Shown here one piece after another: positions 8,805 to 18,186 of a stretch of DNA of 51,100 bases. Position 1 is the stretch's first letter, and each line of letters opens with the position of its first letter. The notes beneath the pieces were generated by a model that saw only the letters and a list, made by a program, of their open reading frames with translations, was not told the origin of the DNA and made no database searches. The translations under genes were made by a program, and so were the position numbers. Origin of the DNA: an uncultured Candidatus Saccharibacteria bacterium (GTDB lineage Bacteria > Patescibacteriota > Minisyncoccia > Phycocordibacterales > UBA9973); NCBI GenBank assembly GCA_964596605.1, contig CAZQUJ010000001.1, positions 1 to 51,100 of the forward strand, written 5' to 3'.

Positions 8805-9911
8805 ATGAAGATCGGAATAGTTGGATTGCCAAATGTAGGGAAAAGCACACTTTTTAACGCTCTAACAAAAAAGGGGGTTCCTTCGGAGAACTATCCTTTT
8901 TGTACTATTGATCCTTCTGTTGGAATTGTGGCTGTTCCAGATGAAAGACTTTGGAAATTATCAGATTTCTCTAAATCAGCTAAAACCATACCTGCTGTTA
9001 TAGAGTTTGTTGATATCGCTGGACTAGTAAAAGGGGCTTCAAAAGGGGAAGGATTGGGTAATAAATTTTTGGCAAATATTAGAGAGGTTGATGCTATTTT
9101 AGAAATGGTTAGAATTTTTCCTGTTAAAACAGAAAAGACTAATGAAATAATTCATGTCTATGGGAATATTGATCCTTTAAGAGATATTGAGGTTATAAAC
9201 CTAGAATTAATTTTAGCTGACTTAGAAACTGTAGCCAAAAGAAGAACTAATCTTTCTCATGATATAAAGATGAATAGCAAGGATGCAATTATGGAAGATA
9301 AAGCTCTTGCTCGTTTGGAGTTGGCTTTTGGAAAAGCCGAAATGGCTAACACTGTACCTTTTGATGAAAAAGAATTAGAAAAAATTAAAATGTTAAATCT
9401 TTTAACCATGAAGCCATTTATCTATGGTTTAAATAAAAGAAGTGGAGGTGGAAACTTAAACGAAACAGATCCGGAGACATTTAAAAATATAACGGAACAT
9501 ATTAAAAGTAAGGATTCTTCTTTTGTTATAATTGATGCCAAGATAGAAGATGAATTGAAAGATTTTGAAGGAGAAGAAAAAGAAATGTTCAGAAAAGAAA
9601 TGGGTGGAGAAGATGATGGGATAGATAAATTAATTAAAGAGTGTTATGACTTACTCGGGTTGGAGACATATTTTACTACAGGAGCTGATGAGTCTAGGGC
9701 GTGGACAATAAAAAAGGGAAGTACCGCTCCAGTTGCAGGGATGGCTATTCACTCAGATTTTCATGACAAATTTATCAGAGCTGAGGTTATAAACTGGCAA
9801 GAACTATTGGATGCAGGAAATTATGTTGAAGCTAGGGCTAAAGGAAAAATTAGAACGGAAGGAAAGGAGTATATAGTTTGTGATGGAGATGTTGTGGAGT
9901 TTAAAATATAA
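8805..9911 (+). CDS. ychF: ribosome-binding ATPase YchF (Obg-like GTPase family)
   Basis: MKIGIVGLPNVGKSTLFNALT P-loop, YPFCTIDP, DIAGLVKGASKGEGLGNKFL, and a C-terminal TGS-like GKEYIVCDGDVVEFK. Confidence 0.92.
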   Translation: MKIGIVGLPNVGKSTLFNALTKKGVPSENYPFCTIDPSVGIVAVPDERLWKLSDFSKSAKTIPAVIEFVDIAGLVKGASKGEGLGNKFLANIREVDAILEMVRIFPVKTEKTNEIIHVYGNIDPLRDIEVINLELILADLETVAKRRTNLSHDIKMNSKDAIMEDKALARLELAFGKAEMANTVPFDEKELEKIKMLNLLTMKPFIYGLNKRSGGGNLNETDPETFKNITEHIKSKDSSFVIIDAKIEDELKDFEGEEKEMFRKEMGGEDDGIDKLIKECYDLLGLETYFTTGADESRAWTIKKGSTAPVAGMAIHSDFHDKFIRAEVINWQELLDAGNYVEARAKGKIRTEGKEYIVCDGDVVEFKI

Positions 9912-9915
9912 AAAA

Positions 9916-10866
9916 ATGGTAGACATTGGGGTTATATTTATTTTAGAAAATAAGGGTAAGATCCTAATACAACAAAGAGATAAAAATTGTAAATTTTTCC
10001 CTTTTTCCTGGTGTATTCCCGGTGGTGGTAAAGAGAAGGGGGAAAGCTACAGACAAACACTTAAAAGAGAAGTTAAAGAAGAGTTTAATATAGATTTAGA
10101 AGATAGACAGTGTAAATATATGTTTGATTTTCCTCAAAAAGGGAATAGAGTATATATTTGTCATCTTTTGGGAGAACAAAAACCAAAATTGGGTGAGGGT
10201 ATGGATTTAGATTGGAAGACAATAGAGGAATTAGAAAAAATGCATCTTGGTTTTAATCAAGAAAACCTAATTTGTTTAATAAAAAATAAACTTATGCAAA
10301 ACAATTGGAAAAAAGCTGAAGAGTTTTTAAAAAATGATGGAGTTGTAGTGTTACCAACAGATACTCTCTATGGAATTATTGGAAGTGCTTTGTCTAAAAA
10401 GGCAGTTAGAAAAATATATGATATTAAAGGAAGAGACAAAACAAAACCTTTCATTGTTCTAATAAATTCCATTTCACAATTGAAAGTTTTTGGCATAAAG
10501 ATAAACGAAGAGCAGGCCAAAATTTTGAAAAAATTTTGGCCTGGAAAAGTTAGTGTTGTTTTGCCTTGTAACCTAAAGAAATTTGAGTATCTTCATTTGG
10601 GAGGAAATGGTATAGCTTTTAGAATGATTGGCAAAAGAAACAGAAACCTTTTTAACATAATATCTTCGGTTGGCCCGTTGGTTGCTCCAAGTGTTAATAG
10701 GCAAGGAGAAAAACCAGCTGAGACAATCAAAGAAGCTGAAGGATATTTTTCAGAGAAAATACAATGCTATGTTAATGTTGGCAAAATAACATCAAAACCA
10801 TCAACTTTAATTAAACTAGTTGGAGATGAGATTATAGTTTTAAGACAAGGAGAAGTAAAAATTTAG
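9916..10866 (+). CDS. Nudix hydrolase domain fused to an L-threonylcarbamoyladenylate synthase (TsaC/YrdC) domain
   Basis: The N-terminal half has a Nudix box, GGGKEKGESYRQTLKREVKEEFNI. The C-terminal half has YrdC/TsaC motifs VVVLPTDTLYGIIGSA, KGRDKTKPFIVLI and APSVNRQGEKPA. I take ATG 9916 as the start, because ATG 9880 lies inside ychF. Confidence 0.8.
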   Translation: MVDIGVIFILENKGKILIQQRDKNCKFFPFSWCIPGGGKEKGESYRQTLKREVKEEFNIDLEDRQCKYMFDFPQKGNRVYICHLLGEQKPKLGEGMDLDWKTIEELEKMHLGFNQENLICLIKNKLMQNNWKKAEEFLKNDGVVVLPTDTLYGIIGSALSKKAVRKIYDIKGRDKTKPFIVLINSISQLKVFGIKINEEQAKILKKFWPGKVSVVLPCNLKKFEYLHLGGNGIAFRMIGKRNRNLFNIISSVGPLVAPSVNRQGEKPAETIKEAEGYFSEKIQCYVNVGKITSKPSTLIKLVGDEIIVLRQGEVKI

Positions 10867-11384
10867 TTTTTATTTTTCTTCTTTTCTTCGCTCACTTTTT
10901 TAAGATGATTGAGGTGTTGCTTTTTTAAGTCGATGACTTCTTCTATTAGTCTTCCTAATGTGTCTTCTATTCGGTTAAGCATAATATCGTCTTTCTTGTC
11001 ATCGTCATCTTCTTCCTGAATATCCTCAACATCTTCCTGAATATCATCAATGTCTTCCTGAATATCATCAATGTCTTCCTGAATATCCTCAACATCTTCT
11101 TGAATATCATCAATATCCTTAGCGACTTTTTTCAAATTACGAGCTTGTCTATTAACAGACATTTGAATAAATATGGAAAGATAGATTGCTTCTAAAGATA
11201 CTATGGTTGTTAAAACCAAAAGAATCTCATCCATTGGAACACCATAAAAATACAAAGCAAAAGAGATTATAAATATTAAAGTATGAACTAAGAGAGAACT
11301 GGTGGAACCAATCCATCTAGTAGCAAGCATTGAAATCTTCTCAATTTTTAATTCAGATTTTTTTCTTAGATCTTTCATAAGCAA
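10863..11384 (-). CDS. DUF1003-family membrane protein with an acidic heptad-repeat tail
   Basis: Two TM helices with SLEAIYLSIFIQMSVNRQ, which resembles the DUF1003 signature. This is followed by (DIQED[IV][DE])x5 and a coiled-coil-like C-terminus. Confidence 0.6.
   Translation of the reverse strand: MLMKDLRKKSELKIEKISMLATRWIGSTSSLLVHTLIFIISFALYFYGVPMDEILLVLTTIVSLEAIYLSIFIQMSVNRQARNLKKVAKDIDDIQEDVEDIQEDIDDIQEDIDDIQEDVEDIQEEDDDDKKDDIMLNRIEDTLGRLIEEVIDLKKQHLNHLKKVSEEKKKNKN
11012..11116. repeat. 5 x 21-bp in-frame tandem repeat inside the DUF1003 gene
   Basis: The units are cttcctgaatatcctcaacat / cttcctgaatatcatcaatgt x2 / cttcctgaatatcctcaacat / cttcttgaatatcatcaatat, starting at 11012, 11033, 11054, 11075 and 11096. 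They encode DIQEDVE/DIQEDID repeats on the minus strand. Confidence 0.95.
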
Positions 11385-11406
11385 GGTTTATTATATATCA
11401 TTTTTC

Positions 11407-11415
11407 TGTTATAAT
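11407..11415 (+). promoter_or_regulatory. extended -10 promoter candidate (TGtTATAAT) for leuS
   Basis: tgttataat lies 27 nt upstream of ATG 11443. Confidence 0.4.
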
Positions 11416-11442
11416 ACAAGGGTTAAAATTTTAAATAAAAAT

Positions 11443-14028
11443 ATGAAAAAATACGAACATTTAAAAATAGAAAAAAGATGGCAAAAAAAATGGCAAACCT
11501 CTGGTGTATATAAAACATCAGCTAATTACAAAAAACCTAAAATGTATGTCCTGGATATGTTTCCATATCCTTCAGGAGTAGGTCTTCACGTTGGGCACCC
11601 ACGAGGATATATAGGAAGTGATGTTTATGCTAGAAAAAAAATGATGGAAGGATATAATGTTCTTCACCCTATGGGTTATGATGCTTTTGGATTGCCAGCT
11701 GAGCAATATGCATTGGAACATAAAATACATCCAAGAAAAGCAGTTGAAGAAAATGTTAAAACTTTTGAAAGACAACTTTCTATGATAGGTCTTTCATATG
11801 ATTGGGATAGAAAAGTAAACACAACAGATCCAAAGTATTATAAATGGACTCAATGGATTTTCTTGCAGATATATAATTCTTGGTTTGATAATTCTAAACA
11901 AAAGGCAAGACCAATAAAAGAACTAGAAGAAATATTTGAGAAAAAGGGGAATGAAGAAGTGGATGCTACTTGTAGTCCCGATGTTAAAATATTTAAATCA
12001 TCAGAATGGAAAGAATTTTCTAAAAAAGAAAAGCATGATATTTTAATGTCATATCGTTTAGCATATGAAGGTTATAGTGAAGTAAACTGGTGTCCGGAGC
12101 TTGGAACCGTTTTGGCTAATGATGAAATACTTAATGATGATAAAGGAAATTTGGTTTCAGAAAGAGGTAGTCATCCCGTAGAAAAGAAAAAAATGCGTCA
12201 GTGGTTTATGAGAATTACAGCTTATGCTGATAGGCTTTTAGAAAATCTTGAAGATTTGGATTGGAGTGATCATATAAAAGAAATTCAGAAGAACTGGATT
12301 GGTCGTTCTGAAGGAGCAGAAATTATTTTTAAAATTAAAAACAATAAAGAACAGATAAAAGTCTTTACCACACGAGCAGATACTTTATTTGGTGTGACTT
12401 ATGTTGTCTTAGCTCCGGAACATGATTTAGTTCAAAAATTAAAAAAAGATATCTCAAACTGGGGGGAAGTAGAAAAGTATATTAATAGTTTAAAAAATAA
12501 ATCGGAAGAAGATAGGGTTTCAACCGAAAAGGAAAAAACAGGAGTAGAACTTAAGGGAATCAAAGCTATTAATCCAGCAAACAGCGAAGAAGTTTCTGTT
12601 TGGATTGCTGATTATGTTTTAGCTACTTATGGTACAGGTATGGTTATGGCGGTACCAGCTCATGATGAAAGAGACTGGGCTTTTGCCAAGAAATATAATT
12701 TACCAATAAAAGTGGTGATAGAATATCCAAAAGATTATCCTACAGATAAACCATATACAGAATATGGTATTGTAATTAACTCAGAAGGGATTCCATCGGC
12801 TAATGGTCTTTTGAGCCAAGATGCCATGCTTGAAATTACAGAAGAATTGGAATACAGAGGACAAGCCAAATCAGTTGTTAAATACCGAATGAGAGATGCT
12901 ATTTTTGCTCGTCAGAGATACTGGGGGGAACCAATTCCTATAAAGCACAATCCTGATGGAACTATTACTCCACTTCAAGAAAAAGATTTACCACTAGAAT
13001 TACCTAAGGTTAAATCATATACAATTACAGGCACAGGGGAGTCACCACTGGCTTCTGTCAAAAGTTGGACAAAGGAAGGATATGAGACAAACACCATGCC
13101 TGGCTGGGCAGGATCTTCTTGGTATTTTATACGATACATGGATCCTAAGAATAGTAAAGAGTTTGCTAAAAGAGAATCAATAGATTATTGGAACCAAGTA
13201 GATATGTATGTTGGAGGACAAGAACATGCAACAGGGCATTTACTATATTCTCGTTTTTGGACAAATTTCTTGTATGATATTGGTAAATTACCCTTTGAGG
13301 AACCATTTAAGAAAATGAAGAATCAAGGAATGGTTATAGCTTCTGATGGACGAAGAATGAGTAAGAGGTGGGGAAATGTTGTTAACCCCGATGACATAGT
13401 TAAAACATATGGAGCTGATACATTGCGAATTTATGAAATGTTTATGGGTCCATTTGATCAAATGCTTCCTTGGTCTACCGAAAGCATAATTGGTTCTCGT
13501 CGTTTCTTGGAAAAAGTTTGGAGAGTTGGACAAATAGTTTTAGAATCTAAACCTAAAAAAACTAATCCTGAAACAGAAATTGTTTTGCATAAAACAATTA
13601 AGAAAGTTACAGAGGATATTGAAAGTTTTTCTTTCAACACGGCTATTTCATCTATGATGATTTTGGTTAATGTTTTAGAAAAAACAGACAATATAAAGGT
13701 TTCAGACTTTCTAAAATTCTTACAAATACTTTGTCCTTTTGCTCCACACATAACAGAAGAAATATCTTCTTTACTAGGACAAAAGAAGAGTCTAATCAGA
13801 AATGCTTGGCCAACTTGGGATGAAGATAAAATTGAAGATGAAAAAATTAAAATAGCTGTTCAGGTAAATGGAAAGGTTCGTTCTCTAATTGAGATAGACA
13901 AAGAAGCCAAAGAGGAAGAAGTTAAAAAGATAGCCCTAGGTGATTCAAATGTCAAAAAATGGTTGGAAAATAAGGACATAAAAAGATTTATTTATGTTCC
14001 TAGTCGGGTTGTTAATATCGTGGTATAG
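11443..14028 (+). CDS. leuS: leucyl-tRNA synthetase
   Basis: MKKYEHLKIEKRWQKKWQ N-terminus, PYPSGVGLHVGHPRGY (HIGH region), KMSKRWGN (KMSKS), and CP1 editing and anticodon-binding regions. The track ORF start at 11302 is an upstream extension that overlaps the opposite-strand gene. Confidence 0.95.
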   Translation: MKKYEHLKIEKRWQKKWQTSGVYKTSANYKKPKMYVLDMFPYPSGVGLHVGHPRGYIGSDVYARKKMMEGYNVLHPMGYDAFGLPAEQYALEHKIHPRKAVEENVKTFERQLSMIGLSYDWDRKVNTTDPKYYKWTQWIFLQIYNSWFDNSKQKARPIKELEEIFEKKGNEEVDATCSPDVKIFKSSEWKEFSKKEKHDILMSYRLAYEGYSEVNWCPELGTVLANDEILNDDKGNLVSERGSHPVEKKKMRQWFMRITAYADRLLENLEDLDWSDHIKEIQKNWIGRSEGAEIIFKIKNNKEQIKVFTTRADTLFGVTYVVLAPEHDLVQKLKKDISNWGEVEKYINSLKNKSEEDRVSTEKEKTGVELKGIKAINPANSEEVSVWIADYVLATYGTGMVMAVPAHDERDWAFAKKYNLPIKVVIEYPKDYPTDKPYTEYGIVINSEGIPSANGLLSQDAMLEITEELEYRGQAKSVVKYRMRDAIFARQRYWGEPIPIKHNPDGTITPLQEKDLPLELPKVKSYTITGTGESPLASVKSWTKEGYETNTMPGWAGSSWYFIRYMDPKNSKEFAKRESIDYWNQVDMYVGGQEHATGHLLYSRFWTNFLYDIGKLPFEEPFKKMKNQGMVIASDGRRMSKRWGNVVNPDDIVKTYGADTLRIYEMFMGPFDQMLPWSTESIIGSRRFLEKVWRVGQIVLESKPKKTNPETEIVLHKTIKKVTEDIESFSFNTAISSMMILVNVLEKTDNIKVSDFLKFLQILCPFAPHITEEISSLLGQKKSLIRNAWPTWDEDKIEDEKIKIAVQVNGKVRSLIEIDKEAKEEEVKKIALGDSNVKKWLENKDIKRFIYVPSRVVNIVV

Positions 14029-14106
14029 TTTATTAAGAGTAGTAAAACAAGTCGGTTTTGTGTATAATTATTAATATTATTAATTTTTTTATTAGATATA
14101 TAAATT

Positions 14107-16449
14107 ATGGAATCAAAGAAGATAGATTTTTTCAATAAATTGTCATTTGTTTTGTTATTAGTTACTATTTTTGCTTGTTTTTTCTTTTTTATACCTTTTT
14201 CTCCTGTAACCTTAGAAGCTAGCAAGGGTTTTCTTTTATCAGTTGGGGCAACTCTTTCTCTGTTTTTTTGGTTTGTTTCTAGACTTGGAGAAGGAAAGTT
14301 TGTTATACCTAAAGATAAATTGATTTTATTTGCTGGTGCTATCCCTCTTGTTTTTCTAATTTCCTCTTTCTTTTCTCCTTCAATCTATGCTTCTTTGTTT
14401 GGTAGTGGTTTTGAAATAGGAACATTTGGTTCTATGCTAGTTTTGTATATAGTTTTCTTTCTTTCAGCAATTTATTTTCAATCAGAAAAAAGAGTTTGGT
14501 ATTTTATCTGGTCTGTCTTTTTATCAGGAGCAATTTTGCTTTTGTATCAAACACTTAGTCTTTTTATAAACTTCGGTAATATAATTCCTAGATTTATTAG
14601 GGGTATAACTTCTGGAAACCTAGTTGGTTCATGGAACAACTTTGCTTTAGTGGTTGGAGCCATAGTCTTACTTTCTGTTATTACTATAGAGCTTGTTAAA
14701 ACCAAGAAATTCTTTAGAGTTTTACAGTACGTTCTTCTGGTTTTGGGACTATTGTTTTTGGTAATTATCAACATGAAGTTGGTTTGGATTTTGGTTGGAA
14801 TATTTTCTCTAATAGTTTTCGTTTATAGTATTTCTGTCCAACATGCCAGAAGCCGATTATCTGAAAGTTTTAGTGGCAAGAAAAAGTTTCCATTTACTTC
14901 TCTCATTGTAGTTTTTATTGCTTTTATTTCTTTGGTTGGAAACAGTTTATTGACTAATATAATTTCTAATTATGTTAATCTTAATAATCCAGATATTAGA
15001 CCTTCTTTCGTAACTACAGCTCAGATTGCTTTTCAATCATTTAAACATAATCCTGCCTTTGGAACAGGACCTAATACTTTTGCTTTAGATTGGGCTCTTT
15101 GGCAACCAAAAGAAATAGCTCAAACCGCCTTCTGGGGAGTAGATTTTTCTAGCGGTTACAGTTTATTATCTACATTTGCAGTAACAGCTGGATTGTTTGG
15201 TTTAATTGCTCTAGTTTGGTTTTTGGTCTTGTATATTACAAGAAGTATTCAGTCTATAAAGATTGCTTTACAGAATAATGTTTCAAATTATTTTATAGCA
15301 ACCATATTAATGCTTTCTTTGTATTCTTGGATATCAATTATTCTATATAGTCCTAATGTAGTTATCTTAATGTTGGCGTTTGTCTCAAGTGGAATGCTAA
15401 TTGGGATACTAGTTCACAAGCAAGCTATTAGAACAAAAGAATATTCATTTTTGACAGATCCTAGAAATAGCTTCTTCTCTATATTAGGATTAGTTGTCTT
15501 GATGGTTGCTTCTATTTCATTGTCTTATATTTATGTAGAGAAATTCACTTCTTTGGTATATTACTCAAAGAGTCTTAACGCTGAACAAACATTAGAATCT
15601 CTCGGAAAATCAGAATCAATGTTACTTCGAGCCATTAATCTAGACAAGAATGATACTTATTACAGAACTTTGTCTCAAGTCTATCTAGCAGAAATAGGGG
15701 TTTTGGCAAAAGATAAAACTATTTCAGAAGATATATTGAAATCAAGTATGCAACAATTAGTTAGCAATGCAGTTACTGCGGCATCGGGGGCTATAGAGCA
15801 AAATCCTAAACAGTATCAAAATTATGTTAACTTAGGAAATATTTATTCTGAATTATCACTTCTTTCTGTAGAAGGAAGTTATGATGGTGCTATAACTTCT
15901 TATGACAAAGCTTTAGCTCTAGCTCCTAATAATCCTTCAATCTTTTTGTCTAAAGCAACACTTGAATACTTGAATAAAAATAACAGTGAGGCTAGAAAGT
16001 ATATTAAGATGGCATTAGATCTTAAAGCTGATTATACAGATGCAATCTTCTTACTTGTTCAAATAGAAACAAATGAAGGTAACTTAAAGGAGGCTATTAA
16101 ACAAGCAGAATATGCAGGACAAGTTTCTCCTAGTGATCCAACAGTCTTCTTTAGACTTGGTTTGTTGAAATACAACAATAAAGATTACAAAGAATCAGTT
16201 AGTGCTTTTGAAAAAGCTGTTATCTTAGATAATTCTTATCTAAATGCTCGTTACTATCTTGGTCTAGCTTATCAAAAGGTTGGACGAAAAGATGATGCTT
16301 TAATTCAATTTAACCTATTGAAAGAACTAGCCCCTGACAATCAAGAGGTTAAAGATGCTATTAAGTCTATAGATTCAAAAGTTGAAACAGCAGGAGAAGA
16401 ACCTTTATCTGAGATGGATGCAGTCAAAGCTCCTCTAGAAGAAGATTAA
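14107..16449 (+). CDS. polytopic membrane protein (O-antigen ligase/Wzy-like region) with a C-terminal TPR repeat domain
   Basis: About 470 aa with at least 10 hydrophobic helices, including an FGTGPNTF loop typical of O-antigen-polymerase/ligase-like proteins. This is followed by about 300 aa of TPR-like repeats (YDKALALAPNN, FEKAVILDNSYLNARYYLGLAY). Confidence 0.5.
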   Translation: MESKKIDFFNKLSFVLLLVTIFACFFFFIPFSPVTLEASKGFLLSVGATLSLFFWFVSRLGEGKFVIPKDKLILFAGAIPLVFLISSFFSPSIYASLFGSGFEIGTFGSMLVLYIVFFLSAIYFQSEKRVWYFIWSVFLSGAILLLYQTLSLFINFGNIIPRFIRGITSGNLVGSWNNFALVVGAIVLLSVITIELVKTKKFFRVLQYVLLVLGLLFLVIINMKLVWILVGIFSLIVFVYSISVQHARSRLSESFSGKKKFPFTSLIVVFIAFISLVGNSLLTNIISNYVNLNNPDIRPSFVTTAQIAFQSFKHNPAFGTGPNTFALDWALWQPKEIAQTAFWGVDFSSGYSLLSTFAVTAGLFGLIALVWFLVLYITRSIQSIKIALQNNVSNYFIATILMLSLYSWISIILYSPNVVILMLAFVSSGMLIGILVHKQAIRTKEYSFLTDPRNSFFSILGLVVLMVASISLSYIYVEKFTSLVYYSKSLNAEQTLESLGKSESMLLRAINLDKNDTYYRTLSQVYLAEIGVLAKDKTISEDILKSSMQQLVSNAVTAASGAIEQNPKQYQNYVNLGNIYSELSLLSVEGSYDGAITSYDKALALAPNNPSIFLSKATLEYLNKNNSEARKYIKMALDLKADYTDAIFLLVQIETNEGNLKEAIKQAEYAGQVSPSDPTVFFRLGLLKYNNKDYKESVSAFEKAVILDNSYLNARYYLGLAYQKVGRKDDALIQFNLLKELAPDNQEVKDAIKSIDSKVETAGEEPLSEMDAVKAPLEED

Positions 16450-16457
16450 AAAACTTG

Positions 16458-18149
16458 ATGGTCAATAAAATTATTAAATTTCTTAACAAAGAATTTAAGG
16501 GAGTAAATGAAGCCGCCTTATTGCTTGGCGGTTTTACTCTACTTTCTCAAATTTTAGGGCTTTTAAGAGATAGGGCGTTAGCTCACTTCGTTGGAGCTGG
16601 TCCCGTTTTGGATGTCTATTATGCCGCTTTCAGAATTCCTGATTTCTTGTATATTTCTATAGCTTCACTTGCTTCTATAACAGTTTTAATGCCTTTTCTA
16701 ATGGATAGGATAAATAAAGATGGGACAATGGCTAAGGCTAAAAATTTTCTGAGCAATGTCTTTAGCACTTATGCCATCTTTATGGTTTTAGCTAGTATTT
16801 TAATAGCTATCTTAATGCCAAAGATTGTTCATTATATTGCTCCTGGTTTTGATCAGGGTCAATTAACTTCTTTGATTACAATGAGTCGAATAATGTTACT
16901 GTCTCCAATTTTTATAGGTCTATCCAACTTAATTGGAACGGTTACTCAGTTGTTAAAAAAGTTCTTGGTCTTTTCTTTGTCTCCCGTTTTTTACAATGTT
17001 GGAATAATATTTGGTATTATATTTTTGTTTCCAAAATTTGGAGTTTATGGTTTAGGAATTGGTGTAATTATTGGAGCAATATTGCATTTTTTAATTCAAG
17101 CTGTAGTGGTTTACAAAAATGGTTTTTTCCCAAAATTTATTTTAAATATAAATTGGCAGGAAATTGGACAGGTTGTTAAATTATCTGCTCCAAGGACATT
17201 AACTTTATCTTGCAATAACTTAGCTATTTTAGTTTTAATTTCTATTGCTTCAACTCTTAAGTCTGGTTCCATTTCTCTTTTTACCTTCGCATATAATTTA
17301 CAATCTGTTCCTGTTGGAATTATTGGTACATCGTATTCTGTGGCGGCTTTTCCAATGTTGGTAAAATCTTTTGCTGAAAAAAACATGAAAGATTTTATTA
17401 ATCAAATAGCTACCGCCTCAAGACAGATAATTTTTTGGTCTCTACCTATTATTTCCTTGCTAATAGTGTTGAGGGCTCAAATAGTTAGAGTTATTTTAGG
17501 TACAGGTCAATTCTCTTGGATGGATACTAGGTTAACAGCTGCTTCGGTTGCTTTGTTTGTAATATCTTTGGTGACTCAAGGATTAGTTCTTCTTTTGGTT
17601 AGGGGGTATTATGCATCGGGTAACACAAAGAAACCATTTATTACCAATGTATCTTCTTCTATTTTGGTTATAGTTTTTGCCAAGCTATTTATTTATTTAT
17701 TTAATAATAATCCAGATTTAATTTCTCATATAGAAAGGCTATTAAGAGTCAAAGATGTTCCTGGCACGGTCATGTTAGCTTTACCTCTTGCCTATGCACT
17801 CGGTTCGATTATTAATTTTGTCTTCCTTTGGATTATTTTTAAAAAAGATTTTCTAAGGGACAAAAGTATTGGAATCTTAAGAACAACTGCTGATAGTATA
17901 TTAGGAGCTTTAACAATGGGGTCAGTTTCTTATGTCTTTTTAAATATATTTGATGATGTCTTTAACCTATCAACCGGTTGGGGCGTCTTTATGCAAGGAT
18001 TTGTTTCGGGGGTGATAGGTATAGCGGGGGGAGTTGTTGTTCTTTATTTAATAAAGAACAAAGAATTCTTTAGTGTCATTAGAGCTTTAAAAAATAAATT
18101 CTGGAAGAAGAAAAATGTTTTGGCTCCAGAGCAGGAAGATTTGCAGTAA
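16458..18149 (+). CDS. murJ: lipid II flippase MurJ (MviN family)
   Basis: The N-terminus AALLLGGFTLLSQILGLLRDRALAHFVGAG...DVYYAAFRIPDFLY is the MurJ signature. About 14 TM helices. I prefer ATG 16458 over TTG 16455. Confidence 0.85.
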   Translation: MVNKIIKFLNKEFKGVNEAALLLGGFTLLSQILGLLRDRALAHFVGAGPVLDVYYAAFRIPDFLYISIASLASITVLMPFLMDRINKDGTMAKAKNFLSNVFSTYAIFMVLASILIAILMPKIVHYIAPGFDQGQLTSLITMSRIMLLSPIFIGLSNLIGTVTQLLKKFLVFSLSPVFYNVGIIFGIIFLFPKFGVYGLGIGVIIGAILHFLIQAVVVYKNGFFPKFILNINWQEIGQVVKLSAPRTLTLSCNNLAILVLISIASTLKSGSISLFTFAYNLQSVPVGIIGTSYSVAAFPMLVKSFAEKNMKDFINQIATASRQIIFWSLPIISLLIVLRAQIVRVILGTGQFSWMDTRLTAASVALFVISLVTQGLVLLLVRGYYASGNTKKPFITNVSSSILVIVFAKLFIYLFNNNPDLISHIERLLRVKDVPGTVMLALPLAYALGSIINFVFLWIIFKKDFLRDKSIGILRTTADSILGALTMGSVSYVFLNIFDDVFNLSTGWGVFMQGFVSGVIGIAGGVVVLYLIKNKEFFSVIRALKNKFWKKKNVLAPEQEDLQ

Positions 18150-18186
18150 CCTTTTATTTTTAAACCTTTTTTAATAGTATAAATCT

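Noticed and set aside
11012-11116. Possibility that the 21-bp repeats form a CRISPR array
   Set aside because: The units are directly adjacent with no spacers, and they are in frame inside a coding gene. No other repeat-spacer structure or cas-like gene was seen anywhere in the window.
11302-11442. N-terminal extension of the leuS ORF (the track starts it at 11302)
   Set aside because: The extension overlaps the 5' end of the opposite-strand DUF1003 gene and translates to low-complexity sequence. The canonical LeuRS N-terminus (MKKYEHLKIEKRWQKKW) begins at ATG 11443, preceded by a TGtTATAAT box.
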